IMG/VR virus record: IMGVR_UViG_3300030329_003230 | Span: 1 to 64,000 of that record | DNA from: a virus | Length of the DNA: 64,000 nucleotides | Strand: one strand, 5' to 3' | Shown here: piece after piece, positions 9,326-17,847 of the stretch | Numbering within the stretch: position 1 is the first letter of the stretch | Layout of the letters: every line of letters begins with the position of its first letter | Position numbers and translations under genes: made by a program | Notes under the pieces: generated by a model | The model's database searches: none | Told to the model about the DNA's origin: nothing | Seen by the model: the letters and a program-made list of their open reading frames with translations, nothing else

Positions 9326-10576
9326 TCATCCCCACAAAGAATTTATCCATCTTTTCTTAATTTGTGAATCTTGCACTGCTTTATCATAAGCAGCAGACCA
9401 AGGTTGACCATCTGTTTTTCTCCCACCACCTTCTGAAGACAATACGAATGGTTTTCCATTAGCACCAAGATGGGGAGGTACTACGAATTGAGGTCTAATC
9501 CACAGATTGATTAGCCTATTAAGTGCGGGTTTTCTGATATTAATTTTAAAAGTTTTAATGTCTTCAGAACCAACTACATCTTTTAGTTCAGGAGCAATAT
9601 CTCTCAAATATTTAGAAGAGGTTCTGTTACTCTTAAATTGATGATTTTTAATTCGGTCTAGTAGAGCACCATAATTTACTATGTGACCTCCACCACGATA
9701 AATTGATTTATCTTTCATAAGTTTAGTTAGAAGAGTTTTCAATGCTGTTAGTTTAGATAATGAGTTTATTTTCTGTTCAAAATTACCAACATCATCAATT
9801 ACAACACTTTCAAGATGAGCATTATCAAGTGAATTTTTGAAATTCTCAAGAATCTTCAAAAGACCTTCATCGAATAAATTACCTTTCTCACCACCTACTA
9901 CTTCAGAACCAGAATAAATCGCTTGCCACATAGGAGGCTTTGCTTCATTTTTATTACCACTATACCAAGAAGAATGAACTGCGGGACCACCTGCTTCTTC
10001 TTTTTTACCATCTACCAATTTTCTTTTCCTTATGTAATCTGGAGTCCTATAATGACCATAAACTTTCTCTTTACTAACAACTACCCATTTACCGCCTTTC
10101 TTTTCAATATCTGTAGGGTTATCAAATCTAATATTTCTTGGGTCACTATCTCCTCCAGACATAGAGTTTAATCGCCTTACGAAAACCAATAAGTTATCAT
10201 TTTCTTTCTCATCTATGATAGAATCTTCATCTTGAATTAATTTATTTATACCTTGTAAACTATTTTGCCAAACTCCATCTCTTCCTTCCTGTCCCGGCCT
10301 TTGTTTTTCTGGCTGAACATGAAATTCCAAATGCTCAAATAAATTTGAACTACCTTTACCACCTTCTTTAGAATGGCCTCTACCAGTAACACCAATATCT
10401 GATAATGAAAGACCTTCACATTTCCTCTTCCAAGCTATATACGCTTTCTGAATACTCTTAACTTCAGTTCCTAATTCTTGGTCTATAAGTACGTTGTTTA
10501 CTCTAACCAATCTCTTCTTTTTTACTCTCTTAAGAATCTTTGAAGAATGTTTTCTTAACGTTAAATTCCAACTCAT
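9326..10576 (-). CDS. Basic hypothetical protein (416 aa) with MSW tag
   Basis: Starts MSWNLTLRK; ends KRWINSLWG. Confidence 0.8.
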   Translation of the reverse strand: MSWNLTLRKHSSKILKRVKKKRLVRVNNVLIDQELGTEVKSIQKAYIAWKRKCEGLSLSDIGVTGRGHSKEGGKGSSNLFEHLEFHVQPEKQRPGQEGRDGVWQNSLQGINKLIQDEDSIIDEKENDNLLVFVRRLNSMSGGDSDPRNIRFDNPTDIEKKGGKWVVVSKEKVYGHYRTPDYIRKRKLVDGKKEEAGGPAVHSSWYSGNKNEAKPPMWQAIYSGSEVVGGEKGNLFDEGLLKILENFKNSLDNAHLESVVIDDVGNFEQKINSLSKLTALKTLLTKLMKDKSIYRGGGHIVNYGALLDRIKNHQFKSNRTSSKYLRDIAPELKDVVGSEDIKTFKINIRKPALNRLINLWIRPQFVVPPHLGANGKPFVLSSEGGGRKTDGQPWSAAYDKAVQDSQIKKRWINSLWG

Positions 10577-11028
10577 TCGTCCTCATCCTCTTTCTTCTTT
10601 TTCTTCCTACTAAAAATTGGTCTTGTTGCTATTCCGGCAGTACTCGTCGTAACTGGTCCTCCTTCCTTTAACATATTAAACCAACGATTTTCATTCCTAA
10701 CCAATTTAGCCAATATGGACAAATCCTTTTCTTTAGCAATCTGCAACTCAGCTTCTTGTTGACTCATAGAATCCATCTTCCCCTTTAATTCCCCAATTAA
10801 TTGCGGATACTGTTTAACAAAATCAGTCTCAACAACTGCTTTCTTGAAATATTCTATTTGCCTAAGACGCTTTTCCGCATCTTTCTTATTATCGTATTCT
10901 CCCATATTTCTACCTCCTTTAGACTCTACTCGATATTTATCACCAATTCTTCTAATCAGCTTTCCACCACCTTCTTTCAGTAGTAGCACCAACATGTCTC
11001 TTCTTCGGACTTCCGGTATAAATGTCAA
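10573..11028 (-). CDS. Hypothetical protein with a phage head-associated-type module; start uncertain
   Basis: IRRIGDKYRVES...GEYDNKKDAEKRLRQIEYFK resembles small modules in phage head genes; internal RWFNMLKEGGPV. Confidence 0.6.
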   Translation of the reverse strand: MTFIPEVRRRDMLVLLLKEGGGKLIRRIGDKYRVESKGGRNMGEYDNKKDAEKRLRQIEYFKKAVVETDFVKQYPQLIGELKGKMDSMSQQEAELQIAKEKDLSILAKLVRNENRWFNMLKEGGPVTTSTAGIATRPIFSRKKKKKEDEDE

Positions 11029-11272
11029 AAACGCCAGTTTCGTATTTCCTAAGAAAACGAGTTATTTCCGCTTTCGTTGGAATATTCCTACCTGTCAATC
11101 TACCATATTTTTTCTTAGCAGTCTTATTTTGCTCATCTATAAAATTCCACATATCATCTAAAATCTCACTTATTGTCCTCTTCTTACCGTCTGACAATAT
11201 GATATTGATTGTGTCTTTTCCCCACTGAGACATACCAAGATTTCTTTTTACTGATAGTCCCATTTCATTCAA
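10952..11272 (-). CDS. Winged-helix DNA-binding protein (putative)
   Basis: IILSDGKKRTISEILDDM...PTKAEITRFLR followed by a beta-wing with W. Confidence 0.55.
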   Translation of the reverse strand: MNEMGLSVKRNLGMSQWGKDTINIILSDGKKRTISEILDDMWNFIDEQNKTAKKKYGRLTGRNIPTKAEITRFLRKYETGVFDIYTGSPKKRHVGATTERRWWKAD

Positions 11273-11388
11273 CTCTTTTGGGGGTAATTATTCTCACCTA
11301 ACTTTTTCAAAAAATGACCTGTAATTTGTGTGGGACTAGCAAAAAATTTTTTTCTCCTTTTCATCTATTTCCAGCCAATAGGCGTTAA

Positions 11389-11712
11389 TCACAAATCGTT
11401 TATCATCTCGGTAATAACTTGCAAGTCCAACTTTTGTTTAGCAACAAAAGTCTCATTATTAGCATGGCGGGAATCATCATTAGATTTTAGTGGTAATTGG
11501 GTTTGGGCATCTTCTCTCACGTATTCCCTTATACGCCCAATCGCATTACTTAATCTCTGTTCTACATTCTTTAACTCAGAGCGAACACCTTGCGCTTTTA
11601 TTGAACTGGCAATTTTATTTATTCTACTCAATGTTTCAATTAAATACGTTAATTTCGAATTAAGCATATCAATATCTTGTCTTCTTTGTTCATCTACTGT
11701 CAAAATAATCAC
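11389..11712 (-). CDS. Hypothetical coiled-coil protein
   Basis: First ORF of the minus-strand block; heptad pattern. Confidence 0.55.
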   Translation of the reverse strand: MIILTVDEQRRQDIDMLNSKLTYLIETLSRINKIASSIKAQGVRSELKNVEQRLSNAIGRIREYVREDAQTQLPLKSNDDSRHANNETFVAKQKLDLQVITEMINDL

Positions 11713-11863
11713 AACACATTAGCAGGGTTATATTTACTCATATATCCGAACTGCATGTTAAAAACGCAAGGGAATCTGATTAATAGAAGTATGGTTTAGG
11801 CATTCTGCTAATAATTGTCTTTTATCGATTAATGATTTTTGTTAAAATAAATTTTTCTGCAAA

Positions 11864-11920
11864 GCCATATGGTTGTAACTTTGTCAACAACCTTAATAGA
11901 TGGTAAATGAACAAGGGCTG
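11864..11920 (+). promoter_or_regulatory. Palindrome + BRE/TATA-like AACCTTAATA + AAGGG start element
   Basis: TATA-like box begins 11893; ATG at 11921, 28 nt later. Confidence 0.65.
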
Positions 11921-12124
11921 ATGGACGAATTACAAGCAAGGACAAGGAAAACGATAGCGAGTCTGGACCCTCAACAGAAGATGGAAAGGATGTGTAAGAT
12001 ATTAAAGGACACATCTCAACATCAATCGGTTAACTCTAAGGTTTCATACCTCGTTACTTTCTGTGGAATACCATTTGTTGAGGTTATGGAAGCAATGAAT
12101 AGAATCAATACGGGAGTTGAATGA
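11921..12124 (+). CDS. Small hypothetical early protein
   Basis: Start placed at ATG 11921 from promoter spacing (track start 11900). Confidence 0.6.
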   Translation: MDELQARTRKTIASLDPQQKMERMCKILKDTSQHQSVNSKVSYLVTFCGIPFVEVMEAMNRINTGVE

Positions 12125-12127
12125 AGA

Positions 12128-12331
12128 ATGAGCGATTTCCATTTGAAATTTACCCAATGTCACGGATGTAAAGGGTTTGATAAATATGAAGAGATGATTT
12201 GGGATTCAAAAAATCGGGCATTTTGCACCGAAGAATGTAAAGATGAAGCAGAGATTGAAGAAGCACACGATAATCATCAAGATTATCTTATGTTAGTAGC
12301 AAAAGAAGAGAGGAATGGTATTTATGATTAA
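12128..12331 (+). CDS. Small Zn-finger protein
   Basis: CHGC...FCTEEC. Confidence 0.65.
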   Translation: MSDFHLKFTQCHGCKGFDKYEEMIWDSKNRAFCTEECKDEAEIEEAHDNHQDYLMLVAKEERNGIYD

Positions 12332-12392
12332 GATGTGTTTTTGTACTTGGGATAAAACATGTTTAAGATGTTCAGAATTTGGAGATGATTAA

Positions 12393-12728
12393 ATGGTTGA
12401 TAGATACGAAGGACATACACTAACATCACCTATAGAAATGGACGAACCAGATAATACGGGACATATGGAGATGCTTTGTAATGGAGGAATAATAGGTTGG
12501 TTAAAAATGGGTAATTACCCAAGCGCTGATGTCAATGCTAAATTATTGATTGATGCCCCTCGTTTATTATTAGAAAATAGCGTTCTATCAGCAGAAAATA
12601 ACTATCTAAAACTAAAAGATGAACATTTGAGAAACGCATTAGAAGTAATGAGGGATTTAATTAAGAATATGGAAGTACCAAGGGCTCAAATTATTGTGAG
12701 CCAGTTGAATGACATATTAGAAGTATGA
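12393..12728 (+). CDS. Hypothetical phage protein
   Basis: GGAG RBS; NAKLLIDAP motif typical of small phage proteins. Confidence 0.65.
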   Translation: MVDRYEGHTLTSPIEMDEPDNTGHMEMLCNGGIIGWLKMGNYPSADVNAKLLIDAPRLLLENSVLSAENNYLKLKDEHLRNALEVMRDLIKNMEVPRAQIIVSQLNDILEV

Positions 12729-12816
12729 ACCTTAGGGTTCTATGGTGACAAAGTACCGAACCATATGGTAAGCAACTTTGGGAGACGAACCTTATGAACT
12801 AATTATCTAATTATGG

Positions 12817-13161
12817 TTGATTAAGATGATAGATAGTGTAACAGAGAAAGAATTTGTATTAAGATTTGAAAAAATAGGAAGAAGTGATAATTTCACCCCT
12901 TGGGGTAGAGTTGCGCTGTTTAATTACTTAGAAGAATACGAAGAGGCAACAGGTCAACAAATAGAATTCGACCCTATCGCCCTATGTTGTGAATTCTCAG
13001 AATATGAAAGCCTTGAGGAATTAAACGAAGCCTACGGGAAAGAATTTGAAGATTTAGAAGAAGTTAGAGACTATACTCAAGTTATAGAGATTGAAGTTAT
13101 TGGAGTTGTAGAAGGAGAACTCTCAAGATATAACAAAGGGTTCATCGTGCAGGATTGGTGA
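12817..13161 (+). CDS. Acidic hypothetical phage protein
   Basis: FDPIALCCEFSEY motif; follows the element at 12749-12780. Confidence 0.7.
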   Translation: MIKMIDSVTEKEFVLRFEKIGRSDNFTPWGRVALFNYLEEYEEATGQQIEFDPIALCCEFSEYESLEELNEAYGKEFEDLEEVRDYTQVIEIEVIGVVEGELSRYNKGFIVQDW

Positions 13162-13165
13162 TATA

Positions 13166-13345
13166 ATGTTTCAAAGACGACATTTTGAGGCTATGGCTAA
13201 TGAGGTTATGACATGGGAAAAAACCATGACAAAAACCCAAATAGTGGATTATTTATGTTCCTTATTTGAATATTATAGCCCACACTTCAAACCTGAGAAG
13301 TTCAAAAAAGCCTGCGAAAGCTTTGAAGGGGAGTTGTCGGGGTAA
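13166..13345 (+). CDS. 59-aa hypothetical protein, not in ORF track
   Basis: MFQRRHFEAMA...PHFKPEKFKKAC read by hand; GGTGA RBS; hairpin follows. Confidence 0.65.
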   Translation: MFQRRHFEAMANEVMTWEKTMTKTQIVDYLCSLFEYYSPHFKPEKFKKACESFEGELSG

Positions 13346-13573
13346 TACCCGGCTTCACTCCTAATTCCCAAAGTTAGTAGCTACGCCTAAGACACATTAC
13401 CATATGGTAATAAAATTTAGATATGTTACTGAGGATATAGTTTCACTTTCACATACAGTACATTTTTCAAACCATATGGTCTTACTTTGTCAATGACCCG
13501 TTATAAAATCAAGGTTCCCGCTTAGGTTGAGAGGCACAACAAACGAAAACCCTTGAAATGGAGTTGAAAAGAT

Positions 13574-14098
13574 ATGGCAGATTATACAATGGACGATGAA
13601 AAATGGAATAACAGGGTTTCCCTCATAGAAAGCCACATGGAGCACTATGATGTTGGAGACATGGAACCTGTTCTAAAATGGAACTTGTCAAAGGGACAAG
13701 AAGATGTAGAAAACAGAAAGAGATACTGGGCAAACATTACCAATTTGTTTGCAACAGTAGAGAACTCACCTATCGTTATAGGAAAGAGGTCGAACCTCCC
13801 CCAAGGAGTACAGAACTCACTGACTACGATTTGTGCAGTATATGCAGAAGGACATGCTGCGCTTTTTGCGAGTCACCCGCTTTATGGTGAAACGCTAAGA
13901 GCACGTGGCCGTGCAGGATACACACCTTACGAGTCTGGTGAGGCATATGGAAAAGCAATGGCAAAGAATCTACGTTCACGACTAACCACAATGTACAACA
14001 ATTACGTGAACAAGGCAGAAGAAGAAGTTCAGTGGGACGGAACAGTTGATGAAGACGGTTCCCCAACTGGAATTATTTATCCGGAGGTTGAGGAGTAA
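13574..14098 (+). CDS. Hypothetical protein (174 aa) in its own transcription unit
   Basis: Element at 13471, TTATAAAA at 13501, GGAG RBS, downstream TTCG hairpin. Confidence 0.8.
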   Translation: MADYTMDDEKWNNRVSLIESHMEHYDVGDMEPVLKWNLSKGQEDVENRKRYWANITNLFATVENSPIVIGKRSNLPQGVQNSLTTICAVYAEGHAALFASHPLYGETLRARGRAGYTPYESGEAYGKAMAKNLRSRLTTMYNNYVNKAEEEVQWDGTVDEDGSPTGIIYPEVEE

Positions 14099-14130
14099 GC
14101 CTGTTTGGGGTGCCTCTCACCTTTTGATTT

Positions 14131-14161
14131 GGCTTGGCCCTCTTCGGAGGGTCGGCCATTT
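14131..14161 (+). terminator. CTTCGG-loop hairpin ending a unit
   Basis: GGCCCTC-TTCG-GAGGGTC; similar TTCG hairpins at about 14499 and 15718, each just before the next palindrome. Confidence 0.5.
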
Positions 14162-14248
14162 CATACTTATCGGGTACGTTCAAAGCAGTACCATATGGTT
14201 CTAACTTTGGGCAATGAACCTTGAATAATGAATATGGGGAATAAGGGT

Positions 14249-14497
14249 ATGAACTGGAATGAAGAAGTTGAGGAGTATAAGAAACAGTATGATGATGAAG
14301 ACGGGATTTATGAATACGTTGAAAGTTTAGTGCCTGTATATTATAATGACATCTCAAACACTTTCAATGATATGTCCGAATTGATAACGGCTGATGATGT
14401 AGCTGTTCCTATTTGGCAAGTGATGACAAAACACATCTTTAATGACTATCTTGAGTCATTTATGGAGGCGTGGACTCCTTTTGATGAAGAAGAATAG
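14249..14497 (+). CDS. Very acidic small protein, probably leaderless
   Basis: TAAGGGT-ATG 28 nt after the TATA-like box at 14221. Confidence 0.7.
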   Translation: MNWNEEVEEYKKQYDDEDGIYEYVESLVPVYYNDISNTFNDMSELITADDVAVPIWQVMTKHIFNDYLESFMEAWTPFDEEE

Positions 14498-14589
14498 CAC
14501 CCTTCGGGGTCAATATTCCCAAAGGTATGACCATATGGTTCTAAACTTTGAGTAATAGAACCTTATGAAGTCAAAATAAACATTAGGGT

Positions 14590-14844
14590 ATGAGCGTAAT
14601 ATATGAAATACTAAAAGATGGACAAAGGCTGGGCGGAGGGAGTTTTTACTCCCAAAAAAACAGAGCACAGGAAAAAGTTGACCAAATGAACAAAAACGTG
14701 ATTCAAAGAATCATGTTTGAAGCAAACCGAATGAATGGAGCAATCAGAGGAGCAAACAAAGACGAATTCAGAAACATGATTGACCAAGTAGCGAAACCCC
14801 CATATACAGTCAAAAAAGTACTCGTAGATGATAGTTGGCGCTAA
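14590..14844 (+). CDS. Small hypothetical protein, probably leaderless
   Basis: TAGGGT-ATG 27 nt after TTATGAAG at 14563. Confidence 0.7.
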   Translation: MSVIYEILKDGQRLGGGSFYSQKNRAQEKVDQMNKNVIQRIMFEANRMNGAIRGANKDEFRNMIDQVAKPPYTVKKVLVDDSWR

Positions 14845-15014
14845 TTATCTCAAGCACAAGGCTACTTGGGCAGAGAACACCTAAGCATGTGTATAAACTG
14901 CTTTTCTTCGGAAGATGTGAATCTTCCACCATTTAAGGTCTTGATTTCAAAGTTAAGACCATATGGTAGTGACTTTGTAAACTACCTTAAAAAACAAATA
15001 ACGACTGTAAGGGT

Positions 15015-15258
15015 ACAGCACCCAACCGGCGTTCGGTTAACTCAGTTCGTTAATTGTGTGCATATAGGACATGATTCAAGAACATCACAACTCGCACACG
15101 TCCCTCAAGTAGTCACGGTAATGAGCCAACATTTTTCTAGAGAATGAAGGATGCACCTCAAAACCAAGAACTTCTTCGCACACGTCCCTCAGTTAGTTAT
15201 GTTCCTCTAAATCAGTATTCGATGGAGATGGCCTCCCATCGGATACAATTGTCCGGCT
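15015..15258 (+). ncRNA. Putative non-coding RNA with a duplicated 16-nt motif
   Basis: Full promoter cassette (14948-15014) followed by ACAG instead of ATG; TCGCACACGTCCCTCA at 15092 and 15176; 3' hairpins at 15220-15254. Confidence 0.45.
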
Positions 15259-15409
15259 TGATATACAAAGTTAGAGCCATATGGTTGTGAAAGATGTGAA
15301 CATACCTGCGTAAAAAAACTAAAAAATAAATAATGTTGAAATTCTATTACCATATGGTCTTAACTTTGGGTTCTTCTCAGACCCTGAAATAGAAATCATC
15401 AAGGAAGGT

Positions 15410-15592
15410 ATGAGAGATATGATAGCGTGTGAGATGTGTAGAAGAGTTGAGAGTGTGAGTCCAATGATGAGAGAGACATTGCCTGTTGATATGGTGGGTG
15501 TAAGACTCCCCGTACCATCAGGATTTGGTAGGCTGGTAGAGTGGCATGATGGCCCCTGCGGTCTTTGCATTGAAGAGTTGAGAGGTGATTGA
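15410..15592 (+). CDS. Small Zn-finger protein
   Basis: CEMC...CGLC; AAGGT-ATG start. Confidence 0.6.
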   Translation: MRDMIACEMCRRVESVSPMMRETLPVDMVGVRLPVPSGFGRLVEWHDGPCGLCIEELRGD

Positions 15593-15804
15593 ATATGGAA
15601 AAGGAATTCATTACCGAACTCCGTAGGATTGTCAATGATAGCCTTTGGGCCGTCCTTTATCCACTTTGCAACGAGGAAAATATGGAGAAATTCGACAGGC
15701 AGGTGAGAAAAAATAACGGCCTTCGGGTCATTATTTTCAAAGTTATGACCATATGGTTCTACTTTGTCAGCAACCATATATGAACTCAATTAGTGGTTAA
15801 GGGT

Positions 15805-16011
15805 ATGAGATGGTGGAATAAGAAAAACACGATAGAAGCAACAATGGCAGAGCAAAGATTTGTTATTGAAGTTGGACATAATAGAAACAATGACCTTATC
15901 ATTAAAAAATTGAGAGTGAGCGGTGATAATTTAGAAAACTGCATATCTGATTTGCAATTAGCACTTCAGGATTTTAAGGTGCTACAATTTGAAGGAGGGG
16001 TACAAAAATGA
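15805..16011 (+). CDS. Small hypothetical protein, probably leaderless
   Basis: TAAGGGT-ATG downstream of the element at 15738. Confidence 0.65.
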   Translation: MRWWNKKNTIEATMAEQRFVIEVGHNRNNDLIIKKLRVSGDNLENCISDLQLALQDFKVLQFEGGVQK

Positions 16012-16054
16012 AGCGACCTACCTTGAATAGCATGATAAGAGATGAACGGATTAA

Positions 16055-16351
16055 GTGGCTATCAAAAGAGGAAAGAATGCTTCTTCAAGAAATCAAGGAG
16101 GAGAAAACATGGCTTACTCAGATGAACAAGTAAAAGACATTTTTGAATTAATGACTATAGTAATAGAAAATGCGACAGGGAAATATTCAGAATACGCTAA
16201 GACATACGCAGAGGCATCATTTGAAGCGTTCGTAATATACGCCGATGATGGATTAAGAATGCAAATACCTTACGTTCTCGCTAACCTTCAAAACTGGAGG
16301 GGAGAAGAGGCAAGGTTTACAAAATCAGCCTTAAAAGAATATATACGTTGA
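16055..16351 (+). CDS. Small hypothetical phage protein; true start probably MAYSDEQ
   Basis: GGAGG RBS before the internal ATG; YVLANLQNWRGEEAR motif. Confidence 0.65.
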   Translation: MAIKRGKNASSRNQGGENMAYSDEQVKDIFELMTIVIENATGKYSEYAKTYAEASFEAFVIYADDGLRMQIPYVLANLQNWRGEEARFTKSALKEYIR

Positions 16352-16619
16352 TGGTCGGTATTTAACGACCTTTGCCCACCAAAAACGTAGTTCCATGCTC
16401 ATCCCACCCCCTAAGAGGCAAAGGTCAACTCTTATGGTCACTAGCAAAGCAGAACCATATGGTTTGGTACGCAGTTAAAACAGAATTGATTTTTATTAGG
16501 AGTTTAACGTTCCGTTCATTTTGGTCCCGCCGCTCTTTATATACTCTAGAGGTAGGTATGGGTAGAAATGCAGAAATTCACACATTTTCTCTATTCTCAC
16601 ATGAAGAATGACCTCTTCA

Positions 16620-17110
16620 GTGCGAGTAATACCAATCCTCAATATAACAGCCACCTACCACATGGGAGTCATTTTAACTACCAATTTTCAAGGTAGTTTA
16701 TTTTGATATACTTCAATTGGACATATACAGTATTGTATAATGTATAAATATAAGTACAAAATATCAAATATTGTCATAAAAGTAAAGAAAACGATTTATT
16801 ATTATCATCATTATCATCGAATGATAATAATTTTTGAAAAAAAGTGTTAGTGGTAAGTAATATTTTATTATTATTCTATTATTATCATTATTATCATATA
16901 TTATACATACTATACTCTCTTTTTCTCTCTCTTTCTCTTATCTTACATACATAGTATATGAGAGATGATAATAATGAGAAATATGATAATAATGTGAGAA
17001 TGTAGAGCAGCACAGCATTTATTTTCTCATTTTGCGAAAATGATAATGATAACTGATGATAATAATGAAGATTTTTCAATTATAGCGAAAATAATTATTT
17101 TTAATGAGAG
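16620..17110. other. AT-rich non-coding region with opposed TTATTATCAT / ATGATAATAA repeats; candidate replication origin
   Basis: No credible ORF; TTAT(TAT)CAT runs at 16797-16896, ATGATAAT runs at 16965-17067, CT-rich tract at 16913-16938. Confidence 0.45.
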
Positions 17111-17232
17111 GTATTCTCAATGATAGAATGTAACTGTCCAATATGCCAAGATAGGAAAAAAGGCGGGAAATTGTATCTTGCTTTTTTCCATCATGCGTGT
17201 AAAATGGAGAAATATTATTCGGGGGAGTAGTT

Positions 17233-17505
17233 TTGGAAGAAATACAAAAGAAAATAAAAGAAACAGGTAAAGAAATCACAGACTTCTTGTTAAAGAAAAA
17301 TAAACAATACGGTAATTCCGTTTTTGAGCCAATGGGAATCTTTTCCAAAGGAACTCCACAAGAGGGATTGCGAGTTAGAATTGATGATAAGTTAAATCGA
17401 CTTATGCAAGGTAATGACTCAATAGAAACAGATGAAGATATCGTAAAAGATTTGATTGGATATCTCACATTATTACTAATAATGATGAGGGTAGAAAATG
17501 ATTAG
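17233..17505 (+). CDS. DUF1599 / nucleotide-modification-associated domain 1 (Nmad1) protein
   Basis: KKNKQYGNS...RIDDKLNR...DLIGY. Confidence 0.75.
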   Translation: MEEIQKKIKETGKEITDFLLKKNKQYGNSVFEPMGIFSKGTPQEGLRVRIDDKLNRLMQGNDSIETDEDIVKDLIGYLTLLLIMMRVEND

Positions 17506-17845
17506 ACAAGAATGTAGTGTATGCGATACACCTGTAGAGAAAGCAGGTGGAAAAATGATTATTCATTGGCCTGAATCTCAAATGTTCATGGGTCGTTCTA
17601 ATGTGGAAATAGCTAATCCTGAAGTTTATGGTTCAGCATCATATTGGGTTCCAGAAGAAGTAGTAACTGGAGAAATAAACGAAATGCGAAAAGAGATAAC
17701 AGATTTATGTGAAATTGTTGATTTGTTAATTGATGAAATAGGAATTAAAAGAGTTAGTGAAATTGTAAAGACCGATAATGGTCTATGTGAAAGACAAAAG
17801 AAGAATACGATAATTAATTTTGTCCTTAGCGATAATGAGGAATAA
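17498..17845 (+). CDS. Hypothetical protein
   Basis: Coupled ORF with N-terminal CSVC. Confidence 0.6.
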   Translation: MIRQECSVCDTPVEKAGGKMIIHWPESQMFMGRSNVEIANPEVYGSASYWVPEEVVTGEINEMRKEITDLCEIVDLLIDEIGIKRVSEIVKTDNGLCERQKKNTIINFVLSDNEE

Positions 17846-17847
17846 TA

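Larger units (their letters stand above)
11864..16464. repeat. 11 copies of palindromic element CAAAGT-n3/5-(A)CCATATGGT-n3/5-ACTTTG
   Basis: Cores at about 11864, 12760, 13399, 13471, 14190, 14530, 14958, 15276, 15349, 15748, 16454; some copies keep only one arm, the 13399 copy only the core. Confidence 0.95.

Noticed and set aside
15077-15200. Two direct repeats as a mini-CRISPR
   Set aside because: Only 16 nt are exact, two copies, 84-nt period, no recognisable CRISPR repeat ends; kept as an ncRNA candidate
11864-16464. Palindromic repeats as a CRISPR array
   Set aside because: Spacing ranges from about 70 to 900 bp, intervals contain genes, and repeats are degenerate outside core and arms
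11864-16464. Repeats as integron attC or Xer/dif sites
   Set aside because: No recombinase in the window; the centre is the most conserved part, unlike recombinase spacers; fixed spacing to TATA-like boxes favours promoters
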